Both the position numbers and the translations under genes were made by a program. From Savitreella phatthalungensis (lineage: Eukaryota), in assembly GCA_051599415.1 (NCBI GenBank), contig AP039689.1, forward strand, positions 620,001 through 684,000: a stretch of 64,000 nt of DNA, read 5' to 3'. Below, piece after piece: positions 33,983 through 44,196 of this stretch; the first letter of the stretch is position 1; every line of letters starts with the position of its first letter. The notes below the pieces were generated by a model. It searched no databases. It saw only the letters and a program-made list of their open reading frames with translations, and was not told the origin of the DNA.

Positions 33983-34789
33983 TCAATCGTCCAGAAATTG
34001 TTCAACCTGGCTGTCATCATCAAATGTTGCAGCGAAGAAGAGTTCGATCTCGGCCGCGACAACGTGGTTCGTCCACCCAGGATACCTAGCCGAGGAGATC
34101 AGGCCCACAGAACGTGTGCCTGGTGCCCTCTTCGGTAAAGCCTCAATGAAGTCACTGCCAACGTCGAAAACCTGTTCGAATGTCTCTGCGCTCGAGCTCG
34201 CGTGCCTGTTGTAGTGCAATAACGTTCCGTCCAGGGTATCTGAATCGACACGATCATCGGTCAGGATATCTTTATCGACGAAAGAGATGTCATGCCATGT
34301 GTGACTGCCCTCGAAAGTTCCCTGTGTAGATGTATTTTCTGAGCTCCAGCCCTGGTCATGCGCTTTCACACGAATACGAATACGGCGCAAGGCCTTTAGC
34401 CCCGCCTCTGAGATCGAGGGGCTCTTGATAACCAGGACTGATTTGTTTGAGATTCTCAGAGGCCCGTTGTCAAATTTGCGTCCGCTCCGGTGAACAGCCC
34501 ATCGCATAGCCTTATCCATCACCTCGACGCAGACCTCTGGCGGCATGTTGGTAGTCTCGTGTAGCGCATCGAACAAAGCGGTCTCTGGGATGTCCCAGCC
34601 ATTAAGATCTCCGAATTCGTCGAGTTCCGCTTCCTGTTTATCAGCCTCTGACTGTGTGCTTTCATGTGATGCTTCATTGTGTTGTTGTGCCGCCATATCC
34701 CTCGCCGCCTGAGGGACTATCGTCCCAATCCGAACAAACGGCCTCCCGGGCCGACCTCCCCGCATGCCTCCAAATCGAGAATGCTGCAT
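33983..34789 (-). CDS. Uncharacterised fungal protein with HDQGW motif
   Basis: RRIRIRVKAHDQGWS..GTFEGSHTW, HYNRHAS, ARYPGWTNHV pattern, which I recall from uncharacterised fungal proteins; start uncertain (first ATG 34789). Confidence 0.75.
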   Translation of the reverse strand: MQHSRFGGMRGGRPGRPFVRIGTIVPQAARDMAAQQHNEASHESTQSEADKQEAELDEFGDLNGWDIPETALFDALHETTNMPPEVCVEVMDKAMRWAVHRSGRKFDNGPLRISNKSVLVIKSPSISEAGLKALRRIRIRVKAHDQGWSSENTSTQGTFEGSHTWHDISFVDKDILTDDRVDSDTLDGTLLHYNRHASSSAETFEQVFDVGSDFIEALPKRAPGTRSVGLISSARYPGWTNHVVAAEIELFFAATFDDDSQVEQFLDD

Positions 34790-35260
34790 ATGTATGAGAA
34801 TCCTGGAATACTGTGCCACCACGGCTGAGGTGCGGTTTTCTGCCCTGTGTTGCTTGAGATGATGGAGCGACAGCGATCAAGGTACGACGGTCTCGAATTG
34901 GCCGTCTGGTCCTCCGAGATTGGTCGTACGCGGCCTGCTGATCAAGTCGTGCTCAGCACGGGGCATGCCAAGAAGACGCGGATCACATCGATTATCATTG
35001 ATCCTCGGACGATCTTCACAATTGCTCGCGCCGTATGCATATATGACGCACTTTGCGAGATCAAAAGCAGGCTGAATTCCAGTTAACTCTACTATCGACT
35101 AGAATTTTGTGGATGGTCAATTCAAATATAGGCTTTGGTTGCGCACGAAGACTGAACGCCACTATTGATTGTCATACCTCAAGACACAAAATTTCGCCCC
35201 TGTCTCCAATGATTGCATGTAGTCTACTAAGGCCTCGTCTGCAGCCGTCCTTCAAACATT

Positions 35261-36409
35261 CTAGTCCCGGCTGCGTGAAGGTATGAAACGTCTGAAGCTT
35301 GCTTCCCGTATTCTGTACAATGCCAGCATGTCCATGGTCGATGTCTTTGACAAGTCGATTGTTCTGTGATCGACTTCAATGTATGTCAACACGAGGGTCT
35401 TCTTGGCTTGTCCGTTGACGCGACTGATAGTGTGCAGCCAATGCCAAGGGGCTGACCTGCCCGCATCAGCTTCTTGTCCGCTCACGTGCACTGTCGGGAC
35501 CAATTTGACTGCAAACTCTGCATGAGAAAAGACAGGGCCGCGATGATACAATAACAAGTCCACCCCAAACTTGATGCCAGCGCGTGGCGTCCATCCCAGC
35601 GAGCGATAGTGATGGTATGCAGCATACCTGATTAGGAAGGGTGAATCGCTGAATGCTATTCCTGCACTCCTGCCAGTTGCCAGTGAATCAAAAGTTTCCA
35701 AAAGCTGATCGCGCGGCAGGAGTGAGTCGCCGTCGTATACATCCAAGACATCGAGCACATCAGCTAGAAATAGACCCTCCTCGAGCGTGAGTTGCATGTG
35801 TTCCCGATCGGGTATGTAATTTGTGATAGAACCCTTCTCTGGCACAAATTGAGTCTGGGCTTTGTCGTCCTCCTCTTGCACAATCTCACCGTCGCTATCG
35901 AGCTCCGGTCCTTCTTTGTTCTCAACCGCAGTATGGGTTATCCTGCCTTCCTCCTGTAAGGTCTTGAAGAGAGCTTCCTGCTCTGAGCGCGCACGCTCCG
36001 CCTTCATTTTTCGGCGAAGTACTCGTCTGCGAGCGGTGATCTCTTCGGCTGTCAGGCGTTCATTGATTCCAATGACACCAAGTTGACGTTGTGTGCGTGT
36101 GTACCAGGAAAGCTCACTACGGGAGAAACAGCCTTTCCCAAAGAAGCCTGAAGCCCAGAGAGCCTCTTTCGTGAATGCATCTTCAACCCAGCACGAGCGA
36201 GTGGATTTCTCCAGTCTGCAGCGCAAACGCCGGCCTTGACTTGAACGGTTCAGCGGCGAAGATTGAGTATTCGGAAAGAGCCAAGCATAGAAAAAATCCA
36301 GCACTGACAACGGATTGCTGAAAGTCACAGCCGGTAATGGCACGACATTGTCAAGAGGCAAAGGAAGCTTGTGTCGAGCATGGAGATGTCCTCGTGAATT
36401 CTTGCTCAT
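35261..36409 (-). CDS. SEN2: tRNA-splicing endonuclease catalytic subunit Sen2
   Basis: LWASGFFGKGCFSRSE, EHMQLTLEE, YAAYHHYRSLGW..GIKFGVDLLLYHRGPVFSHAEF, RFIPSRSRD. Confidence 0.95.
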   Translation of the reverse strand: MSKNSRGHLHARHKLPLPLDNVVPLPAVTFSNPLSVLDFFYAWLFPNTQSSPLNRSSQGRRLRCRLEKSTRSCWVEDAFTKEALWASGFFGKGCFSRSELSWYTRTQRQLGVIGINERLTAEEITARRRVLRRKMKAERARSEQEALFKTLQEEGRITHTAVENKEGPELDSDGEIVQEEDDKAQTQFVPEKGSITNYIPDREHMQLTLEEGLFLADVLDVLDVYDGDSLLPRDQLLETFDSLATGRSAGIAFSDSPFLIRYAAYHHYRSLGWTPRAGIKFGVDLLLYHRGPVFSHAEFAVKLVPTVHVSGQEADAGRSAPWHWLHTISRVNGQAKKTLVLTYIEVDHRTIDLSKTSTMDMLALYRIREASFRRFIPSRSRD

Positions 36410-36746
36410 TGCATCGTGCAGCGCAGCTGTCCATCAACGCCGGTCGAAGCTCTTCTCTGTACGTGCCTTACTACAGGATGTGTTGAAACTTTAACCGTGT
36501 ATTACTATAGCATGCATTCCATTATGATTGTCTCCACAGAAATGTCTGTTCTGTGATGAAGATGCACACGTACGTTCCTTGGCGCAATCTGCATATCTGG
36601 GAAGCGGATTAATTTGATCTTGTATGTGTGGATTGGACTTCATCACTGCAGCAGGCTTCACATATGGATATCTGGACGATCACGTCCATGACATGCCTCA
36701 CGTCTGCTTCTAATCAAGAAATCCAGGCAGTCAGTCTCTGGCGCCA

Positions 36747-37247
36747 ATGACTCTCGTCAGCGATGCTACTGTGGCCGACGCTGTTTTCTTTTGGAATGCG
36801 GATGAGCCCAGTGGCTTCATGTCTCAATGGCTTGAGCACCGTTTCACAGTAGATGGACAAGATTACCTGACAAATGAGCATTGGATGATGGCCAGCAAAG
36901 CACGACTCTTCCAAGACGTGGAATCGGAACGCAGGATCCTTGCGGCAGGCACGCCAGAAGAAGCTAGAGACCTGGGCAGGCTCGTCGCCAATTTTGATCG
37001 TAAAGCGTGGGACAAGCACAAGTATGAGATCGTTCTCGAAGGCAACCGACACAAATTCAATTCGTCAGCCACATTACGTGCGCAACTGCTTCAGACAGGT
37101 AGCAGACTGCTGGTGGAAGCAAGCCCAGTGGATCGCATCTGGGGTGTCGGCTTTGATCGGACTACCGCAGCTGCTAACACCAATCACTGGGGCGAAAATT
37201 TGTAGGGCAAGGTCTTAATGCAGGTTCGCGAAGAGCTTCGATCATGA
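36747..37247 (+). pseudogene. NADAR (YbiA/DUF1768) family N-glycosidase with in-frame TAG at 37203-37205
   Basis: FMSQW, EHWMMASKARLFQD, LLVEASPVDRIWGVG, WGENL*GKVLMQVREEL; the family motif continues in frame past the stop to TGA 37245-37247. Confidence 0.8.
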
Positions 37248-37266
37248 CTATGCTTCAGCGTAAGCG

Positions 37267-38199
37267 TCACGCCCATATGACTATGGTTCCATCGTTGCCC
37301 GCACTGACCATGCGCGTTGTATCCTGTGGGTGTAGATCCAATCCGCCAATGGTCGTCCCGGCGTGCGCTACTACTTCGCGACGCTTTTTGTTTCCCTCGA
37401 GAACGTCCCAAAGCACAATCCGGCCATCCTCTGAACCACATGCCACGAATGACTGATCAGCACCGAAGCTAGCCTGCAACCGACTTGCCTGCTCCTGTAG
37501 ATGGCCCCTGAAGCTTTGTAGCAGAGTGCCGTTGTCAGCGTCAAATAACCTGACAACCCCGTCCAAGGACGCCACCAGCATGGTCAGCTTGTCCTTTGAT
37601 CGCTTCACGGAGGTGATGGGCTGGCCCACATAGTCAGTCGTAAGCTTCCCAGCACGTAGATCGTACGAGCGCAATTTACCGTCTGCCGATGCCGTGGTAA
37701 TGACTACATCATCGATACTTACTGCTGTGACAGCGTCGGTTGCGTCTTCCAGCGTCTGCGCCGTGGCTTGTGAGTTACTACGCGTATCCCATATTCGGCA
37801 TGTAGCATCCAGCGAGCCAGAGACCACTAAGACATCGTCGATACCAGCAAACGCAACACAATTGCAGCGCTGGAAGTGTCCTCCGAACCGGCGCAGCGTG
37901 ACGCCTTTGACCACATCCCAATGGAAGACAAGCTTATCGCCGCCAACGCTCGCAAGTCTCTTACTGTCGGATGAGACTGCTAGGTCAGCGACTGCATAGC
38001 CATGTGCTTCATAACTCTTCACGTGCGAACCTGTGGAAGCATTCCAGAGATGAAGTTTCCTGTCGTGTCCACCGGATATCACGTATCTGCCATCTATGTT
38101 GTACTTCACAGCATTTACAGGCCGCCTCGCAGCACGCCGACCTTCATCATCTGGCGATACGAGGACATGATTGATCCGCCGAGGCAGCTGATCCGTCAT
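37267..38199 (-). CDS. WD40-repeat protein, WDR83/MORG1-like
   Basis: VNAVKYNIDGRY..DRKLHLWN..KSYEAHG, GGDK..WDV..LRRFGGH, SYDLRAG; first ATG 38199. Confidence 0.85.
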   Translation of the reverse strand: MTDQLPRRINHVLVSPDDEGRRAARRPVNAVKYNIDGRYVISGGHDRKLHLWNASTGSHVKSYEAHGYAVADLAVSSDSKRLASVGGDKLVFHWDVVKGVTLRRFGGHFQRCNCVAFAGIDDVLVVSGSLDATCRIWDTRSNSQATAQTLEDATDAVTAVSIDDVVITTASADGKLRSYDLRAGKLTTDYVGQPITSVKRSKDKLTMLVASLDGVVRLFDADNGTLLQSFRGHLQEQASRLQASFGADQSFVACGSEDGRIVLWDVLEGNKKRREVVAHAGTTIGGLDLHPQDTTRMVSAGNDGTIVIWA

Positions 38200-38450
38200 A
38201 ACATGGTTGAATGATAATCTGAGAAGACAACAGCACGACGATTCAGCTGACAATGAGTAGTGCTATTCCGGGAAGTGGAAGACATATGTTACCATCCATA
38301 TAACACGTCACATGTCAGATAAAGTAGGATGCACGATTTAACTCGTGTTGAGCTGAGCTTGTCGACTGTGCGCGCTTGTTCCGCCATTCTGCACGAAAGC
38401 ATGCGCCTGAGCCATGCTACTGTCATCTGACGCTCTGTGGGGATGAGGAC

Positions 38451-39794
38451 ATGTGTCCCGAAGGGACTACGGGCCATACGCTGCGCAACAGCTACAGCGT
38501 TGCGTCGCTCGTTTCTTACTGGGCCGGACGAGAGCCGCGCTTGACTGAGACAGATTCGCCAATCACTGTTGTGAGGCAGAGAAACTCCGGGGAAGCTCTG
38601 CAGGATGAGTCTCTCAGACTACGAGAAACAAAGCTGCCACTGTTGACAGACTTCCAAACTGAGTCTTTGGTCAAACACGCAGATGTATCAAAGGTGACCA
38701 CCGACTTTGAATGCATGGTCCAATCATCATATACACAATTTGACGCGTGTGCCGGCGGTGTTCGGGCCCGTCAGAGAGCATTAGTGTCGTCCATGGCCGA
38801 GACACAAGCGCGCCTGGACAAGCTTGTGCAGGACACTCGACAACGAACACGCGCGGCTGAACGTGATGCAGAGTCACTGGTCGTTTGTGAGAAGCTGTCT
38901 AACTCAGCACAGGATGCTTATGCACAATGTCAACATGTTATAGACCTCTTTGTCAGGATCGATGCTCGTCTCCCGCCGCACGAAAGTATTGGTGACGCCA
39001 GCGAACACTATGACCTGCTTGCTCCACTGGTAGCCCCAAGCCGAGTGGCACTGCGACCCGAGCACGGTGAGACTGAAGAGGCCATGCAGGTGACCGCCGA
39101 AGATTCTGAAGAGCAGACACATGCAATCACGACCATAGAGCCGGACAACCTGTCTCCGGAGACATTGCAGCCGGAAGAGTCTTTCGCTTTGCAACCCTCG
39201 GAAAGCGTCTCGAGCGATTCATCGGATCTTGCTGAAACGCCGCCACGTAAACGCGCCAACCTCACGCTTCGACCGCCGCCGTTCACGACGAGAGTTTTGG
39301 CGCCCATCTCGCAATGGTGTTCACCTGCGGTGCCCTTGACATCCGCAGGCGCGCCGACGGTTGAGATTGAAGACGTCACAGCTATGGCCAATCAAAATGC
39401 CGCCATAATCGAACAGACAGAAGGAAATATGTACGATGACGCCCGTGATGACGAGGTACAGTACCGAGACACCGCAGAGCGTCGCATCTCGCTCCCGCGG
39501 CTGGAGAGAGATCACTTATCTACCCGCTCGATTGGGATCGTTTCCTCCTCCGACGTAGGCTTCAATGCTGGCAGGTCACCACAAAGGCACTCAAGCAGTG
39601 GTCTCGGCGCAACATCCATATTATCGTCCTTTGGTAGAGCGGCTCGGTGGCGCCTGTGGTCGGCAGTGGACCAAGGCGGTGTGCTGGAGACTGAGAGCAG
39701 TGCTCAAGATGACGCTCCTACGCAGGACTCGGCTGCACATCGCCTGCGGAAGATCTCCGATTCTTTCGACCAGTCTCAGCCACATCGGACATAG
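38451..39794 (+). CDS. BORCS5 (LOH12CR1/myrlysin)-like coiled-coil protein with long disordered C-terminal extension
   Basis: ACAGGVRARQRALVSSMAE..RQR....AESL...EKLS......RIDARLPPHE aligns by eye to the BORCS5 core as I recall it; first in-frame ATG 38451. Confidence 0.65.
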   Translation: MCPEGTTGHTLRNSYSVASLVSYWAGREPRLTETDSPITVVRQRNSGEALQDESLRLRETKLPLLTDFQTESLVKHADVSKVTTDFECMVQSSYTQFDACAGGVRARQRALVSSMAETQARLDKLVQDTRQRTRAAERDAESLVVCEKLSNSAQDAYAQCQHVIDLFVRIDARLPPHESIGDASEHYDLLAPLVAPSRVALRPEHGETEEAMQVTAEDSEEQTHAITTIEPDNLSPETLQPEESFALQPSESVSSDSSDLAETPPRKRANLTLRPPPFTTRVLAPISQWCSPAVPLTSAGAPTVEIEDVTAMANQNAAIIEQTEGNMYDDARDDEVQYRDTAERRISLPRLERDHLSTRSIGIVSSSDVGFNAGRSPQRHSSSGLGATSILSSFGRAARWRLWSAVDQGGVLETESSAQDDAPTQDSAAHRLRKISDSFDQSQPHRT

Positions 39795-39840
39795 GCTTTG
39801 CAGATTCAAAATCAGCGATGTCCTCAATCACTCACTATGT

Positions 39841-40827
39841 CTAGCCAGTCTTGACAATCATGCCGTCCAAGTTGCCAGCCCGACTTGGATCAGCATAACC
39901 GGACCATGACTCATCGTACACCCGTACGAGACTGGGATCTGCGCCGGCCCTTTCAAGCGCACACTTGACAAGGACTGCCGTCACGCCGGATCCGCAGGAC
40001 ACGATCGTCCTTTTGTTCAGATCAATTCCCCGGTCGCGCAAGATCTGCTTGATCTCCTCGCTTGATTTAAGGGAGTCTGTGTCTGTATCAGCTGCGCTGG
40101 TCTCGCCGCTCTGCGTTTGCCGTTGCGAGTTCCGTAGAAAGAGGCCAAATGGGGTCGATTTGGCACCGGGCATGTGGCCGGACGAAATACCTGGTCGAGG
40201 TTCAGGAGCCGTCCCATCAAAGCGCGGCTGCGGACGCGCGTCGAGTATTTGCACATCTGATTGAGCTTTGCTCTTGTGCGCCAGGATCTGGAGGAGTTCG
40301 TCAAATTCGACGGCTTGATTCGAGTCTAGAGAAGCAGTACCGTACGATGATTTCTCCACGACTGCTGGCTCATCAGATTCCGTAGGAAAGCCCTGATTGA
40401 CCCATGCAGCGAGTCCGCCATCTAACACAGCGACAGAACCAGTGTGGCTCAGTGCTAGAAACGTCCAAGCGACACGCGGGGCGGAGAAGATTGTCGGTGA
40501 ACTTGCGTCGTACACCACAATATCATCACTTCTCTGAATGCCGAGGGCGGACATAGACTCCGCAAAGTGTTCTGGCGTAGGAAGCATGTGCGGAAATGGC
40601 GATGCTTGGTCCTTGACGTGTTCAACATCAAAGAATCGAGCTCCACGTATCCGCAGATTCCTGTACTCCTTCGCCGCGTCTCGGGGACTGTTGGGCATGG
40701 ACCAAGACCCATCGATCACCTTCGGCGGACGAACGGAACCCATGCGCCGCGACAGCTCGGCCGGCTTGATGAATTGCATGCTTGACTTAGCAGGAGATGT
40801 CGAGATGAAGCGTGCTAAACTCGACAT
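39841..40827 (-). CDS. TUM1: 3-mercaptopyruvate/thiosulfate sulfurtransferase (tandem rhodanese)
   Basis: DGSWSMP, PHMLP, DARPQPRFDGTAPEPRPGISSGHMPGA, CGSGVTA active loop, VYDESW. Confidence 0.94.
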   Translation of the reverse strand: MSSLARFISTSPAKSSMQFIKPAELSRRMGSVRPPKVIDGSWSMPNSPRDAAKEYRNLRIRGARFFDVEHVKDQASPFPHMLPTPEHFAESMSALGIQRSDDIVVYDASSPTIFSAPRVAWTFLALSHTGSVAVLDGGLAAWVNQGFPTESDEPAVVEKSSYGTASLDSNQAVEFDELLQILAHKSKAQSDVQILDARPQPRFDGTAPEPRPGISSGHMPGAKSTPFGLFLRNSQRQTQSGETSAADTDTDSLKSSEEIKQILRDRGIDLNKRTIVSCGSGVTAVLVKCALERAGADPSLVRVYDESWSGYADPSRAGNLDGMIVKTG

Positions 40828-41127
40828 TGGGGGCTCCACTGCGTGGTGGTCGAGTACACAACCTCATCGAGTGTGAAATGTGGGGCCATTTCAACGCAAT
40901 CACCTTCCTTGGTTATGTTTCAGGATTCCAGGCTTGCAGGAAATCACTTGGACCAGGAAAAGCAATACAGTTCAATTCCCTGGGACAGAAGACTCAACGC
41001 TGGATGTAGCACATTCAGTATTACATGGATGCTTCGGTCTACGTACATGACGGTCGTTACACTGCGTTTGACTTTGCTGCCTGATATCTCCATGGCCAGC
41101 TCTATCTTGACTCGCCGTCCTTGATGA

Positions 41128-41685
41128 TTAGTTCTGAACGATGAGTTCTTGAACTGACCAGTCCTCGTATGAGCCATCCGGCAAGAACCGGCGAATGATT
41201 AAAGGAATCTTCCCCTGCTGCAGTTCCTTTTGGGCAATCACGAGCGGGTCCGTCTCCCCCTCGAGAGCGACAAGTACGGGCGCGTTCATAGAGATTTGAA
41301 GTGCTCTGGTACCGAGAATCCGTGCCTTTTCGTACTTTGTCATGTACGGAGTCGTTTCACGCTCCTCCTTTGGCACCTGCCTGCCTGTGCCCTTTTTGCC
41401 AGATCCGAGGCCCTGGCTGACACCTGCAGAAACATCTCCACCGCCCTGAGCTCCTGGACCTGTCGGTGCGATCACCTCCATACCTCCTGTGCGTGCATCG
41501 AGGTCACCGTTGGTCCCATCACCTGGGCCATCTACGCCTTCTGTTTCGTCATATACCTGATCGTCATCGAAGTTTGGCTCTTCGAATCCGTAATCGCCCT
41601 CATCATCGCCACCACCCTGTGGAGTTGTTAGCATTCTGTGAGCATGAAAAGGGACTCAGTAATTGTGACTTACGTAGTCTGACAT
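41128..41685 (-). CDS. RPB6: RNA polymerase I/II/III shared subunit RPABC2 (intron 41617-41673)
   Basis: [26 protein letters not shown]; 12-nt exon 1 (MSDY) joined by a GTAAGT..CTAAC..CAG intron. Confidence 0.96.
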
Positions 41686-42412
41686 ATTCTGTGGTCAGAA
41701 GCGAAAGCCCAGAGAAGAATGCTTGTTCTGTTGGTGGACGTCTATCACTAAAGCGGACTGATACTCCAAAGAATGTGGTCGTCCCTGAAACGCGAGCCTA
41801 CCACCCCTGCCAGGTCTACTCTCTGACGATCCAAGATCGAGATCCTTTCGTCTACCGGCTCTCACTCTGACTTTCGTGACTGAGTTATGCGACAGCTCAG
41901 TCAGTCGATTGTTCCAGGTCGAGCCGCACGTTTAGAAATTATTCTTGAAGCCTGAATGGACTTTTGATCCTGTCTTGATGGCACGCGCGCATAGATCTGT
42001 GAATACACACACACACTCTCTCACATACGCACATCGAATTGGAGCTTGTGCTTGCTATTCCCTGGGGGAGGGTCAAATTTCTGAGAAACAGCGGCTGTCT
42101 TAAGGGTCAAAATGACATTGAAATTCATTATAAAAAATTTGAAAATCTCTTTGCACGAATTCCACTCAGATAGCTGCAGGATGTATGTATGAATATTTAA
42201 CTATGTACGTGGTATACATCGGAAATTCATTCATCTAGGTTGACAGGATTTTTGTGCCCTAGCGCCAACTTAAAGCGCAGCGTCACACTGAGGTTACGCC
42301 TGTCTTAACGACCTGCTCATCCACAAGCGATTGTACTCTGAGCGCTCTCAAGTGGTTGTTCACTTATTCAGGAATTCTATCGTCCTCGCTGTACCATATC
42401 GGCAATTCGTCC

Positions 42413-42668
42413 ATGGCACCAAAGCAGGTATCAAGGCAGCAGCCAGGCGTTGCTAGCTCAATTTATAACAATGTCGTCGGGTAAGAGTGCCGCCGGAATC
42501 GCAGTCCTTCCAGACTGTGACTAATCGAGAACGTTACTAACCATTTTGCTCAACAGTGGTTTACGTGATCCGGAAACCATGACCCGGGTCTGGGCGGCAG
42601 CTGTATTTGCAGGCGCAATCACTTTCCTGCAATCTTCTTACGCAGAGTACCTTGTCCCAACCTTCTAG
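42413..42668 (+). CDS. TOM6: Mitochondrial import receptor small subunit Tom6 (59 aa; intron 42481-42556)
   Basis: Spliced product MAPKQVSRQQPGVASSIYNNVVGGLRDPETMTRVWAAAVFAGAITFLQSSYAEYLVPTF*; canonical GTAAGA..TACTAAC..CAG intron; DPE..F..AI.FL.S...EYLVP tail typical of fungal Tom6. Absent from the ORF track. Confidence 0.85.
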
Positions 42669-43149
42669 AGATGATCGGACTACAGCGCGGTGAGTTACGT
42701 GCTCATAAGCTAGCTGCATCCCGGCTCACCGCTGTTCGCCGGCTGGACTCACGCCACACATCTAATGACATATCACATCTTGTTGTCACTATCCCCTCCA
42801 GGAGCTGTACGCACACTTCAAGACGACACTGATAGGCAATGTATCAAATCAGACATTTGACGTGCATGTACTGTATTTCCTTGTTACTTGTGCCCGCGCC
42901 TCGAGATGCTTTGTCTTCGCTTGACATTTGGCTTTTTCTTAGTGTCAGTCAATCCCTCACAATTTGCCCAACAATCTATTCAGTCCCGATCGCCAGTTCA
43001 ACCAGGTCGACAAACAGTCGGTGTCTGGAGGAGCAATCAATCAGAAATCTGAAGAACCCCCTCAAGCAGTTTACGCAGGCCATGAAAGTGGCAGCTGTGC
43101 CTTGGGCTTACCTGGTTCCGCAGGCAGTACGTAGGATTTCCCCCAGTCC

Positions 43150-44196
43150 TCAAGACTTTTGCGGCTTTGGCACAATCTCATCAAGCTCGCGACCCTTGTG
43201 CCACGCCGGGTCAATCAGATTGTGGCGATCAGACCACAGAAATCTGTACGAAGTACGAATTGTCGAGTCCGAAACGGAGGCGACATCACCAATCTGCTTT
43301 GGAGTCCTTGGATCACCAAAAATGCAGGAGACCATGTAAATACCCGCTGCGGCGACGGAGATGGGCGAACGTCCATCGAGCGTACCTGCCCTTTGTGCTC
43401 GAAGAGCCAAGTCCTGGCATGCCGAGATGATCTTCTGCGACAGGCCCAACTTGTTGCAGAAACGAATCATCAACTCCGCAGCCGACGTTGCCTTTGTCGG
43501 GACGTAGTTGTCCTGCGACGTGCCCGGGACGGGGCCGGACTCCTGCAAAATCTGCTCGAGTGCTTTGAAAGCTTTGCCCAATTCTTTCTTGCTAACGCTT
43601 GTGAGCGTGCAAATCTCCTTGATCGTGCGAGGTACGTTGCCCTGACGACAAGCAAGGAAGATGGCTGCAGCGATGATGCTCTCTTGCGATTTGCCTTTCA
43701 GCGCCTTGGCATCATCCACTCTTTTGAACAGATGCTTTGCAATGTCCTGAATAGAGCGCGGGAGCGAGATGGCTTCAGACATAGCTCCAATGTCTTTATA
43801 AGCTGCCATGAGGGATCGCTCGCCTCGAACACTCGCATTCTTACCCTGCATCTTGGCAAGATTTGTGCCATTCGTACCGGATCTACCCGCAATAATCGTG
43901 TCAAGCTGACTGCCGTTGAGGAGATCATTGCGAACACCTCCAACACGGGAGGGATCATCACCGCCCTCATCATTTGAGAATGTACGCCATTCAGAACGAG
44001 TATCGATGATGCGGTCACCTAGCACGAGGCCGCAGGTGCCACATACCGTGTCGCCAGAACTGAATTCTTCAACAAGATTCGGTGGATCTTCCTGACAGAC
44101 TTTGCATATGAGAGTGACGGCTAAGTGCGATCCAGCAGGACGGCCTGTCAAGGGTGCTGCCGCAGTCGTCGGGGCAATCAATCCGGGCATGGCCAT
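43150..44196 (-). CDS. SUA7: General transcription factor TFIIB
   Basis: Zn ribbon CKVC..CGTCGLVL, DTRSEWRTF, DPSRVG, two cyclin repeats (GRSPISVAAA); ATG at 44196 or 44190. Confidence 0.96.
   Translation of the reverse strand: MAMPGLIAPTTAAAPLTGRPAGSHLAVTLICKVCQEDPPNLVEEFSSGDTVCGTCGLVLGDRIIDTRSEWRTFSNDEGGDDPSRVGGVRNDLLNGSQLDTIIAGRSGTNGTNLAKMQGKNASVRGERSLMAAYKDIGAMSEAISLPRSIQDIAKHLFKRVDDAKALKGKSQESIIAAAIFLACRQGNVPRTIKEICTLTSVSKKELGKAFKALEQILQESGPVPGTSQDNYVPTKATSAAELMIRFCNKLGLSQKIISACQDLALRAQRAGTLDGRSPISVAAAGIYMVSCIFGDPRTPKQIGDVASVSDSTIRTSYRFLWSDRHNLIDPAWHKGRELDEIVPKPQKS

Noticed and set aside
37245..37250. TGA CTA readthrough context after the extended NADAR ORF
   Set aside because: The extension (LCFSVSVTPI) ends in no PTS1-like signal and overlaps the WDR83 stop
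42256..42262. GCCCTAG shared upstream of TOM6 and TOM22 (63087-63093)
   Set aside because: A 7-mer is expected several times by chance in 64 kb
43159..43977. Long antisense ORFs (272 aa over TFIIB; similarly 261 aa over OXA1 and 210 aa over RPT6)
   Set aside because: Shadow ORFs explained by codon usage of the real genes
17578..44196. SSU72, RPB6 and TFIIB as a Pol II gene cluster
   Set aside because: Spread over 26 kb with many unrelated genes between; compatible with chance
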